NCBI GenBank assembly: GCA_963743305.1
Contig: CAVUPH010000008.1
Coordinates: 32,001-96,000 of the forward strand
Reading direction: 5' to 3'
DNA: 64,000 nt
From: an uncultured delta proteobacterium
GTDB lineage: Bacteria > Desulfobacterota > RBG-13-43-22
The position numbers and the translations under genes are program-made. Of the stretch, positions 51,851 to 61,274 are shown piece by piece. How positions within the stretch are numbered: the stretch's first letter is position 1; each line of letters opens with the position of its first letter. The notes beneath the pieces are model-generated. The model did no database searches, had not been told where the DNA came from, and was given only the letters and a program-made list of their open reading frames with translations.

Positions 51851-54274
51851 ATGGAAAATAGAAAAAAAATCGGCGTTTTTCTCTGTCAGTGTGACGGCCG
51901 GATCGATCCCTGGGTAGACCTATCCTGGCTGAAAAAGGAGTTGGAAGAGGACCCGACCATCGCCCAAATGGAGATTCTTCCTCTGTCCTGCAGCTTACCG
52001 GGTTTAACCCATATCAAAACCCTTATCCAGGAAAATGGCCTGAACCGCATCCTGATCGCCGGTTGTGAGACCCGAATTCTCTTGAAAAAATTCTACCGGG
52101 AATTGGAGGAGGTGGGCATCCTGGAGGGGCAGATCGACATGGTCAACCTGAGAGATCATGTGTCCGCCGTGCATAATCTCCAGCCCCAGGAGATGGCGGC
52201 CAAGGGGGCCAAGCTTATTCGGGCTTCGGTAGCCGGGTTGGCCGCCCTGGAGCCGACGGTTTCCGAAAGAGTGGAATTCGTCGGGCCGGTGATGCTCTTG
52301 GGGGGAGGGATCGCCACTTATTCGGCGGCCCAGGAACTCCTCCGAAAAAATATCGACTGCATCCTGGCGGTCGCGACCGACGAATATGAAGATGAAATCC
52401 GCATGCTCCATGAGCACTATCCCGGCGAACGTCATTATTACGAACGCCTCCGGAAGATCATGGCCGAGGTCGACGAAAGCCCCCTGGTGCGCAGGATCAC
52501 GGTGGGAGAACTCCAGAGTGTCCGAGGAAGGACCGGTCATTACACGGTAACCTTTTCCACCCTGGAGGACGGGCCGCCTAAGGTCCACGAGGTGGGGGCG
52601 ATCATCGCCTGCCTGGATGGACAGATGTTGAACCAGGGGTCCAACTTCGGCCATGACGGCAAGACGGTGATCTGCCATACCGAAACCGAAGAATTGATCT
52701 GGACTCACGGGGTCCCCGGCGGAAAGATCGTTTTCTGGATTAACGATTATGAATCCCGAACGCCCCAGTTTGCCTATCTTTCTTCTCGCTGCGCCTGGTC
52801 CATTGCCCGCTACATGGTGGAGAACCGGAAAGATGTGGAAATTACCTTCATGTACAACAACCAGATGGATATACCCCTTTCCGCCGAGGAACGTCAAATT
52901 GCCCGCAAATATAAGATCAAGTGGATTCCCTATGATGGGGCCCTGCGCCCTACGGTTCAAGCGGGATATATCACCTATTGCGATCCTCGGGATCATGTCG
53001 AGTATGAAATGGCCTGGGACAAGTTGATCCTTTCCCCCCGTCGCTCGGTTGGCATTGAAGCCACCCGGGTTGCCCGGATCCTGGGTCTGGAAGGCGAGGA
53101 AGGCAAGTTCCTGGAAGTCAAAGGAGAGAAAGTCCGCCCGGAACAGGTGGGCCGGGATGAGCTCTTCCTGGCCGGCAGCGCCCGCCTCCCTTGTGATCTC
53201 CATGAGGCCCTACGGCAGGGCCGCCGGGCGGCGGTTAAGACCGCGGAACTGGTGGAAAGGGCCCGGGCCGGGACCCTCTACGCGCCCCGAATGGTCTGTT
53301 CGGTGGACCAGGCCCTCTGCACCGGCTGCGGTCTTTGCAAGGAAATCTGCCATTGCGGAGGGATCGAGCCGGTTGAAGGACTGGGGGGAGGAATTCCCCG
53401 TCATGTGGATCCCATGGTTTGTACCGGGGGTGGGACCTGTGCCGCTGCCTGCCCCACTCATGCCCTGATCCTGCAGAATAATACCACCCTGCAACGGGAA
53501 GCACAGGTGACCGCTCTGGCCAACAGCTTGGTCGAAGGAGAGGTTATGGGCTACGGTTGTGTCTGGGGAGGGCTGGCCGCCGCAGATCACGCCGGCCTCA
53601 AGGGGCTGACCTATGATCCCCGCCTCTACCTGTTACGGGTGGGCTGTATCGGCCAATTGGATCCCGCGGTCATGGCCCGGGCCTTTATGGAGGGGGCCAA
53701 TGGCTTAATTTTGATCGGCTGCCCCCCGGACGACTGCCACCATTCCTATGGTCTGGACCATACCTGGAGCCGGGTTAATTTGATGAAAAAGCTGTTGGAG
53801 TTCTGCGGGCTGGACCGCCGGCGCATCGCCCTTGGTCATGTAGACCTCAATCAGCCGGAGCAGTACGTCATCATGGCCGAGAGCTTCATTAAATTGATTA
53901 ATGAACTGGGCCCCATCGAACGGTCCCCGGAGGTGCAGGAAAGGCTGAGGGGTCTCTATGCCACGGTAAACAATTCCCGGGTTCGCTGGGTTCTGGGAGC
54001 CACGCTTCGGCGACCCTGGGAAGAGGTTTATCCGGGCAACCAGCGCAATGCCTTATCCTTTGACAAGGACCTCCTGGGGATCCTGAAGGAAGAATGGATG
54101 AAGGCCCGAATTTCCAATCTGCTCAGGTCCGATAAACGCTATTTTGATCTGAAGGAGCTCAGTCAAAACCTGAAGGCCAAACAAGAAGATATCATGAGCG
54201 GCCTGCAGGAGATGGTCAAAGAAGGGGTGGTCAGCCGGGTACACAAGGAAGGCGTCGCTCACTATAGCCTTTAA
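51851..54274 (+). CDS. Degenerate HdrA fused to ferredoxin, MvhD and a C-terminal winged helix (BamE/BamF-like fusion)
   Basis: IGVFLCQC, VNLRD, LLGGGIAT, CTGCGLC/CTGGGTC, GCVWGG, RVGCIG, GCPPDDCHH, and a tail LKELSQNL...LQEMVKEGVV. Confidence 0.85.
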   Translation: MENRKKIGVFLCQCDGRIDPWVDLSWLKKELEEDPTIAQMEILPLSCSLPGLTHIKTLIQENGLNRILIAGCETRILLKKFYRELEEVGILEGQIDMVNLRDHVSAVHNLQPQEMAAKGAKLIRASVAGLAALEPTVSERVEFVGPVMLLGGGIATYSAAQELLRKNIDCILAVATDEYEDEIRMLHEHYPGERHYYERLRKIMAEVDESPLVRRITVGELQSVRGRTGHYTVTFSTLEDGPPKVHEVGAIIACLDGQMLNQGSNFGHDGKTVICHTETEELIWTHGVPGGKIVFWINDYESRTPQFAYLSSRCAWSIARYMVENRKDVEITFMYNNQMDIPLSAEERQIARKYKIKWIPYDGALRPTVQAGYITYCDPRDHVEYEMAWDKLILSPRRSVGIEATRVARILGLEGEEGKFLEVKGEKVRPEQVGRDELFLAGSARLPCDLHEALRQGRRAAVKTAELVERARAGTLYAPRMVCSVDQALCTGCGLCKEICHCGGIEPVEGLGGGIPRHVDPMVCTGGGTCAAACPTHALILQNNTTLQREAQVTALANSLVEGEVMGYGCVWGGLAAADHAGLKGLTYDPRLYLLRVGCIGQLDPAVMARAFMEGANGLILIGCPPDDCHHSYGLDHTWSRVNLMKKLLEFCGLDRRRIALGHVDLNQPEQYVIMAESFIKLINELGPIERSPEVQERLRGLYATVNNSRVRWVLGATLRRPWEEVYPGNQRNALSFDKDLLGILKEEWMKARISNLLRSDKRYFDLKELSQNLKAKQEDIMSGLQEMVKEGVVSRVHKEGVAHYSL

Positions 54275-54290
54275 AAAACACCCTACGGAT

Positions 54291-54323
54291 GGGGCCCCCC
54301 CGAAAAATCGGGGGGGGGGCCCC
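54291..54323. terminator. GC hairpin between convergent genes
   Basis: ggggccccccc-gaaaaatc-ggggggggggcccc. Confidence 0.6.
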
Positions 54324-54335
54324 TCGTTTCATCCC

Positions 54336-55187
54336 TTAACCGGCCCAGTCGACGGCGGCGCGCATCTTTTTGTCGATAACCAGGATCACGTGTTGTTCTT
54401 TTCGGTAGGCGGAAAGATAGGCCCGAACCGAAATGCTCATCGTGACCAATCCGGTCAGAATCAGAAGCCCATCCATCACGGTCCAGAGCCCCATTCCAAA
54501 ATAGCGTATTAAGGCCAACCCCAGGGCGATCAGGGCTAAACCGGTGCGCATAAAGGCCAGAAGCGTTCTTTCTTTGGCCAAGATGGTCCGATGGGAGGAC
54601 AGATAGGTACGGAGGTCGGCCAGGGTATTTCTTCCGAAGGCCAGTTCAGTCCTGCGGTTGGACAAATGAGTGCGTTGTTCCGCCAGATTGGTTCGTTGCT
54701 CTGCCAGACCGGTTCGATTATCCGCCAGGTCGGTCCTCCTGGCAGCCAGATCCGTACGCCGGTTGGCCAAGCCGGTCCGCTCTTGGGCGAGTTCGGTGCT
54801 TTTGAATGACAGCCGGGTCTGCTCGCGCATCAGCCCGGTACGGGTATCGGCCATATCCGTACGTTTTTCTGCCGACTGGGTACGCAGATCGGAATTCCGG
54901 ACCAATTGTTTGTTCAACTCGGTGCGCTCTCGGGCCAGTTCGGTTCGGGCCCCCGAGTCTTCCACTAAATGGGTGGTGAGGGTGTTGCGCTTTCGGGCTA
55001 GCGTGGTCCTTTCTTCTTCGAGTTTGTTACCCTTTTCGGCCAACTGCAGAAGTCCATCCAGGACCTCCTTCTCTTCATCGGCAAACCGCAGGAGGCCGTC
55101 CAGGACCTCCTTCTCTTCTCCTAAAATCGCCAGGATCTGTTTTAAGAAGACCGGCCTTTTCCCCTCAATTCCGGGTTCAATGTCCAT
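54336..55187 (-). CDS. DUF202 (YidH-like) membrane protein with a long RTxLAxx heptad array
   Basis: About 20 RT-x-L-A heptads, then LAKERTLLAFMRTG and 2 TM helices. Confidence 0.8.
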   Translation of the reverse strand: MDIEPGIEGKRPVFLKQILAILGEEKEVLDGLLRFADEEKEVLDGLLQLAEKGNKLEEERTTLARKRNTLTTHLVEDSGARTELARERTELNKQLVRNSDLRTQSAEKRTDMADTRTGLMREQTRLSFKSTELAQERTGLANRRTDLAARRTDLADNRTGLAEQRTNLAEQRTHLSNRRTELAFGRNTLADLRTYLSSHRTILAKERTLLAFMRTGLALIALGLALIRYFGMGLWTVMDGLLILTGLVTMSISVRAYLSAYRKEQHVILVIDKKMRAAVDWAG

Positions 55188-55212
55188 CGGATTATCCTCT
55201 CTAGGCTATTGG

Positions 55213-56049
55213 TTATTCCAAGGCTACCGGAATGTCTTCAAGGCCGATCTGGACTTTTTTAACGCCCGGGACCTGTTGCGCCACGACGGTCAGGTCGTTC
55301 TTGATCCGTTTTTTCCCACTGGGGAAAATCCCGCCGGTCTCAAAGCTCCCGCTGATCTTGATAATCCCCTTTTCAGCGAGTACCTCCAATTCCAACCCCT
55401 TGGTATAGTCATGGGCAGCCAGCGCGTGCTTCACCCGGCTGGCCAAGACAAAATCTTCAATGATCGCCGCTGAATCCGGCGACTCGACAAACTCTTTTTG
55501 GTTTAGGGCACACTCGAGAATTCCGCAGGCCCCCTCAATCGTTATGGCATCCAGATTAATGACCAGATCATAGAGCGTCGGGTCCCGCCAGTCTACTTCG
55601 TATAAAAAGCGGGTCCACTTGATCCGGCTCTCGTCCATTTTTTCGATGGTTTTCAGGGCTTCTTCAAAGGTGATTTTTTGCGTCTCGGCCAGTTTCTGGG
55701 CTCTGGGCTTCAGAGGGGCGATCACCCGGACTTTCAGGACTTGGGGCAGTTTTTTTAACAAAAGATGCCCCGCATGTCCATAGTAGATGAACGGACCCTT
55801 TTGAGCCCTTTCAGCCAGGGCCAATTGAATAGCGGTAAGATAACAGCGCCGCTCGGGGGAAGAGCCGTGGACCAATCCTTTGGTTCTTTCCAGTTGCTGC
55901 AGAAGATGAGATTGGGAGATCCCGGATCGTCTGGAAGCCTCCTCGAGGATTTCCTGGCTGACGGCCGGAAACCCCAGTTTTTCGGAAAGACATTTCGCCA
56001 GGGACTCCCCGCCGCTCATAGTGCCCCTGGAAATGGTGATGATGGCCAT
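55213..56049 (-). CDS. Cytidylate-kinase-like protein with a C-terminal BON-like domain
   Basis: IITISRGTMSGG, LKVRVIAP and YDLVIN, then VAQQVPGVKKV. Confidence 0.85.
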   Translation of the reverse strand: MAIITISRGTMSGGESLAKCLSEKLGFPAVSQEILEEASRRSGISQSHLLQQLERTKGLVHGSSPERRCYLTAIQLALAERAQKGPFIYYGHAGHLLLKKLPQVLKVRVIAPLKPRAQKLAETQKITFEEALKTIEKMDESRIKWTRFLYEVDWRDPTLYDLVINLDAITIEGACGILECALNQKEFVESPDSAAIIEDFVLASRVKHALAAHDYTKGLELEVLAEKGIIKISGSFETGGIFPSGKKRIKNDLTVVAQQVPGVKKVQIGLEDIPVALE

Positions 56050-56126
56050 TTTTCCTCCTTTGGTACAAATATAATCCCGGAGACCTTCTTACCCCGAAGT
56101 CCGTTTATTGAACTGGGGACCTCGCC

Positions 56127-56495
56127 TCACCGGTTGAGAGCCTTGACCACCAAATCCCGCAACTGAGAAAGTTTAAAGGGTTTGGCGATAAAGTCATAGG
56201 CCCCTATTTTTAGGGCTTCTTTAGCCTTTTCGACCGTGGCGAAACCCGTAATGATAATCACCTGGGTTTCCGGGGAAACCTGTTTAACCCGTTTCAAGAT
56301 TTCAATGCCGTCCAATTCCTTCATTTTAAGATCGGTGATCAAAACCTGAAATTTCTTTTCGGAAAATCGCCGGAGGGCTTCCAGAGGGTCGGTAAAAGTT
56401 TCGAGATCGAGATTCACCTTCTCCAGGGTGGACCGCAGGCGTTCGCAGACGATCGGTTCGTCATCCAGGATCATAACGCTGGGAATGGGTTCCAT
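56127..56495 (-). CDS. Stand-alone response regulator
   Basis: LDDEP, TDLKM, ITGFA and AKPF. Confidence 0.92.
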   Translation of the reverse strand: MEPIPSVMILDDEPIVCERLRSTLEKVNLDLETFTDPLEALRRFSEKKFQVLITDLKMKELDGIEILKRVKQVSPETQVIIITGFATVEKAKEALKIGAYDFIAKPFKLSQLRDLVVKALNR

Positions 56496-56523
56496 GGGAC
56501 CTCCGCTCCGGAGCCGGCAGGAA

Positions 56524-56895
56524 TTACTTGAATTTTTTAGCCGCCTTCTCCACCAGTTTAACGATCTGCTCCAGCTTAAAAGGTTTGGTGACAAATTGGG
56601 CGTTCAGATATTCGGCTTCCCGGGCGCTTTCAATCGTCGCGTATCCGGTAATGACAATGGCTTCGGTATCCCGTTTCCGGTCTTTGAGAAACCGCAGGAC
56701 ATCAATGCCGGTAGGCCCGCTCATTTTCAGATCGGTTACCAGGACCTGAAAATGCTTCTCCTCCAGCCGGTTGATCGCCTGCCGACTGTCGGTAAAAACT
56801 TCCACCTGAAAGCCCTCCTTTTCCAAGACCGGCCGGAGCCGCTCCCCGACGATCGGTTCATCGTCCAGGACCATGACAGCAATATCACTTTTCAT
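56524..56895 (-). CDS. Stand-alone response regulator
   Basis: LDDEP, TDLKM, ITGYA and TKPF. Confidence 0.92.
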   Translation of the reverse strand: MKSDIAVMVLDDEPIVGERLRPVLEKEGFQVEVFTDSRQAINRLEEKHFQVLVTDLKMSGPTGIDVLRFLKDRKRDTEAIVITGYATIESAREAEYLNAQFVTKPFKLEQIVKLVEKAAKKFK

Positions 56896-56945
56896 TGGAA
56901 CCTCCTTCCCCTTTAAGGACCTTTCCCCAATCGAAAAAACCATCT

Positions 56946-59515
56946 TCAATCGGTCTGGAGATGGGCTTTCGCCTCCCCCTCAAAGAACTGGTTGGTAAAA
57001 AAATCGATATCTTGATCCGTCCGCAATAAGATGTCCAGTTGCCGGGTGTAGCCGATTAATCGTCCCAGCATACGAAATTTGTTTTCCATATTCGGGCGGT
57101 CCATCTTTTTAATACGGCCGATGATCAAGTCCGCTTTGCTTTCCACGGCAAAATCATTTTTTTCCAAAATCTGAGCCAACACCCTGACCCGTCGGCTCCG
57201 GCGGGTGAATTCGGTGACGCCGCCGAAGAATCGAAAATAGAGGTAGTTGCTGTTGCGGTCGTCGGAAAGGTAGCCGTCCACCATATTAAAATGGTACCCC
57301 AGACCTAAATTTAGATTGATATATTCTTTGGAGACAATGGCTAGATTCACATTCGAGCTATCGGCGGCCAGCGCCTGGGTGGAAAGGTTGCTGGTAAAGC
57401 TGGAAATGAAGCCCTTCAGGTCCAAATCCACCGGTTGGGACTGCCAGACCCCCGGCGCGATCAAAGCCCGGAGCAGGATGGACAAAGGTTCGCAGGCGAT
57501 CTCTTCCAGGGAGATTTCGTTGGAAGAAAGGCCCGTTCGGATCCCCCCCCCGATGTCCAGGATGGTCAGGTCCAAGGGGACGGACAACTTCACTTTAGTC
57601 AACGAATGCGTAAAACCCAACTGGCTGGGGTGTATGCCCTGGGCGATCCTCCGGACCGCCATTTCATGGGAAAACCGGATGATGTCGTGAAACGTTTTAC
57701 AGTGGGCCGAATCAAAATCAGTGGATTGGGGATCGGTCACGTTCAGGATGGAAACCTTTTTTAATAAGCGCCGCAGCAATTTGAATTCATAGGTTTCTTC
57801 ATAGGGGAGGCGATCGATCAACTGGGCGGTCAGGAGTTCTTTGACGATCCCCTGATAGATCACATTCTCTTCGGCATCCACCGTCACTTCCATTCCGGAT
57901 TTCAGGACCTCCGTAGCCAAGGCGGTATCCACGATGGTCGGCACCCGGAATTCCCGACAAATGGTGGCCATGTGACCGGTGACGGCCCCGATATCGGTCA
58001 CCACCGCACTGGCGGCGGGAACCAGTTTGGATAGGCGGGGCGAAGTATGTTTCAAGACCAGCACCGCGCCGCGGGGAAAATGTCGGCTGTCCTCTTCGGA
58101 CTGCACTTGGAAAACGGTCCCGGCCCCGATACCCCGGCTGGCGATCACCCCCCGGTCTTTTAGCAATATCGGATATTGCTGGGCGGCGGTAATGAGCCGG
58201 TTTTTATCCAATTTCAATTTCCCGGTAAATTGGAGCGGCCGGGCCTGGAGGTAGGTGACTTGGCCCTGGGTATCGATGGCCCATTCGATGTCCTGGAAGG
58301 ATTTCATGTATTGTTCAATCCGGACGGCCCCGGCCAGAACTTCGCGCATCCGGGATTCATCCAGACAGGGGACCTCCTGCTTTTCCGGAAGGACCGGAAC
58401 CAGGGCGATCCCCCCGGCTTCAGTCCAGCCATATTGTTTACTTTTACGGCCGATGCGCTGCCACAGAACCGGATAAGGTGGATTTTTGGAAACTTTATAT
58501 TGATCCACTTCTCCCTCCCCGTCCACCACCAATTTTCCCAATCCCCAGGCAGCCGCCAGGATCATTTCGTTTCCTTCAAAGCCATTGGGATCTGCGGTGT
58601 AGACCACCCCGCTGACCTGAGGAGAGAGCATGGACAGGCAACCGACGGCCATAGCCATTTCCTGCTGCCGGCTCCCCCGCTGCAGGCGATACTGGATCAC
58701 CGGGGGAGCAAACAGACTGGCCACTACCTGTTTGTAGCCGGCCTCGATTTGCGCCGAGGGAACATTTAAAACCGTGGTATACTGGCCGGCATAGCTGATT
58801 TGGCTGTCTTCCCCGACCGCGCTGCTGCGCACCGCCCAGTGCTTCACCGGGAGGGCTTCCCGGGAAGAAAGTTCTTTCCGGATGGCCTTCCTGATTTCCG
58901 AGGGGACCTTGGCCCGCAGGATCCGTTCCCGCAGTTCCCGGGCCTTTTCCTCCATGACCTCCGGTTGTAACTTTCCTTCTCCCAGGGGGGCCACCAGGGA
59001 TTCCAACTGGTTGGCTTCGATAAATTGCTTGAACGCATAGGTGGAAATCACAAAACCTTCCGGAACCCGCAAACCCAAACGGTTCCGGAGTTCCCCAGGG
59101 AAGCCATTTTTTCCCCGGCAAAATCGGACATTTCTTTGGTCAGTTCCCGCAGCGGATAAACGTAGTCTCCTTTGGGAATGGTGAAGCGGGAGTCCAGCTC
59201 GCCTTGAATTTCTATTTTAGCCTTTTCGAAAACGGTGAACAGCTCCAGGTACTTTTGGGGAGTGATTAAATTGAGATTGTAGACGACTTTATAGACTGCC
59301 TCCTCCAACTCGGCGATCACGGTCTCAATATACTGCTTGTCGAACAGATAATCGCCGCCTAGTTTTTCCCCCATATCGGCCATCAGGTCCAATGCCCGGT
59401 TGTTGTAATCCAACAGTTCCCGGAAGCTTTGGAACAGAAACTGCAGGCTTAGTCCTTCCTGGTTTTTTTTTCGTCGGAAAAAGGATTTGACGGAATCCAG
59501 CATCATGTACGGCAC
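56946..59515 (-). CDS. PEP-synthase-like protein: ATP-grasp domain, swivelling His domain and an unknown C-terminal domain; indel near 59090
   Basis: GEKMASLG, VPEGF, AVRSSAVGED, GLGKLVVDG, QDIEWA, LQARP and TGHMATICREF. No PEP-binding TIM barrel. Confidence 0.85.
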
Positions 59516-59538
59516 TTTTCCGGAGGCTCTGCGGGTTA

Positions 59539-60333
59539 TTAATGGCCCCCTTTGGAAGTGAAAACGATCCCGATGAGCAGTCCGCTTACGGTGGCGATCA
59601 GCACGGCCAGGATACCGTACCCTAGCCCCTGGCGGGCGGCCATATTGGAAACCAGGGCCGGCAACCCCACCAGTCTGACTTCCAGGGTGCTGGAATGAAT
59701 CAGCCGGCCTTGCCCACCCTTAAAAGCAATCATCTCCAGGGAGTACGACCCGGGCTCGATTTTTGCCGGCAAGCTTAACAGCGCATCGACCTGCTCCCAG
59801 TCCTCGGGCTCCAGGGACTTCATCTTAACCGCCCCTTCGAAAATCTGGTAGAGTTGGTCCTCCTCTTTTAATTTGACCAATTCATGCAGCAGCCGGTCTT
59901 CTTCCTCCGGATTGTTCCGGGGCAAGGTCCCGGCCAGCAATGAAGAAAAATCCAATTTCCAGGATCGGCGTTCGGCTTCCGTCCCCAGAGAAGACATCGG
60001 GGTCGAGGTCCAGAGTAGGTAGATTTTTGGTATGTCTTGAAAAGTAACCTGACCCACGTTCATCCACAGCCCCCCCACACGTCCCTTCTTCATCAGTTCC
60101 AGCGGATGACGGGGTCCCAGGATTCGCAAGGCCACTTGATCCCCCGCCGGGACCACCCCGCGCACCGTCACCTGACCTCCGGAAAAAAAGGTCCCGATCC
60201 GTATCGTTTTGGGTTGCACCACATCGATCCCCGGCGGGGAAGTCCGGCCAACAGCCTCGGAAATAAAGAAAGCCCCATTAAGGACAAAAAGGACGATGGC
60301 CCCAATCAAGGTTGTTTGTTTGGACCGCTTCAT
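59539..60333 (-). CDS. TIGR02186-like TSUP partner protein
   Basis: Signal, IGTFFSG, KKGRVGGLWMN and a C-terminal TM helix, directly after a TSUP gene. Confidence 0.8.
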   Translation of the reverse strand: MKRSKQTTLIGAIVLFVLNGAFFISEAVGRTSPPGIDVVQPKTIRIGTFFSGGQVTVRGVVPAGDQVALRILGPRHPLELMKKGRVGGLWMNVGQVTFQDIPKIYLLWTSTPMSSLGTEAERRSWKLDFSSLLAGTLPRNNPEEEDRLLHELVKLKEEDQLYQIFEGAVKMKSLEPEDWEQVDALLSLPAKIEPGSYSLEMIAFKGGQGRLIHSSTLEVRLVGLPALVSNMAARQGLGYGILAVLIATVSGLLIGIVFTSKGGH

Positions 60334-61271
60334 TAGGAGTGGCCTCCTTTATAGGATAAGAGCAAATGGGGGCTAAGGATCAGGCCTAAGAGCATCTGAA
60401 CCATGACCACGATGATGATCACTGCCAGGAGAATTTTGATCTGGTCGCCCTTTAATCGTTTGCTGATCCGGGCCCCGATCTGGGCCCCGCAGGACGAGCC
60501 GATCAGCAGGATGAGGGCCAGGATGAAATCCACGGTATGATTAACATGGGCCTGCATGATGGTCACATTGACGCAAGTAAAAAATATCTGAAAGAGACTG
60601 GTTCCCACAACGACGTGCATGGGCATCCGGAGCAGATACACCATGATCGGCACCATGACAAACCCTCCTCCCACGCCCATGATGGCCGCCAGGATCCCCA
60701 CCAGACTTCCCAACAAGAGGGGAACGATCATGGAGATTTGGATCCCGGATTTGGTGAAATGCATCTTGAAAGGCAAGGCGGTAATCAACCGGGCGTATAA
60801 AGAAGGTTTGCGGCGGGATACCTCCGACGGTTTTTCAGCGGCCGGCGTCTTCTTGAGACTTTGCAGGCTTTCGACGAACATATACCCGCCGATGATCCCC
60901 AACATGGCCACGTAGGTGATCTTGATGACGAAATCGGCATTCCCCATGGCCCGCAGCATGCGGACCAGGTAGACCCCGAGACTTCCGCCCAACACCCCCC
61001 CGACCAAAAGAACCACGCCCATTTTGAAGTCCACATTTCCCAAACGGTAGTGGGCATAGGTCCCGGAAGCCGAAGCCGCCACGATCTGGTTGGAGTCACT
61101 GGCGGCGGCCACGGTGGGGGGGATGCCGAACATAATCAGCAGCGGGGTGAGCAGAAAGCCTCCTCCCACTCCGAAAAGGCCGGAAAGAAAGCCGACCAGG
61201 CCTCCCAGACCCAAGAGGAGAAAGATATTGACGCTGCTGGCGGCTATCGGCAAATAGATAAAAAAAGACAT
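60333..61271 (-). CDS. TSUP (TauE/SafE) family transporter
   Basis: GLFGVGGGFLLTP and IMGVGGGFVMVP. Confidence 0.92.
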   Translation of the reverse strand: MSFFIYLPIAASSVNIFLLLGLGGLVGFLSGLFGVGGGFLLTPLLIMFGIPPTVAAASDSNQIVAASASGTYAHYRLGNVDFKMGVVLLVGGVLGGSLGVYLVRMLRAMGNADFVIKITYVAMLGIIGGYMFVESLQSLKKTPAAEKPSEVSRRKPSLYARLITALPFKMHFTKSGIQISMIVPLLLGSLVGILAAIMGVGGGFVMVPIMVYLLRMPMHVVVGTSLFQIFFTCVNVTIMQAHVNHTVDFILALILLIGSSCGAQIGARISKRLKGDQIKILLAVIIIVVMVQMLLGLILSPHLLLSYKGGHS

Positions 61272-61274
61272 GAC

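Noticed and set aside
6260-53203. Long antisense ORFs (e.g. 6260-7150, 22334-23458, 52004-53203)
   Set aside because: These are shadow frames of well-supported genes in GC-rich DNA, with no motifs of their own.
4361-59515. Many frameshifted genes suggesting mass pseudogenisation or programmed frameshifting
   Set aside because: Single-base indels are scattered through unrelated genes whose sequence is otherwise intact, with no shared slippery motif. Long-read consensus error is the best explanation.
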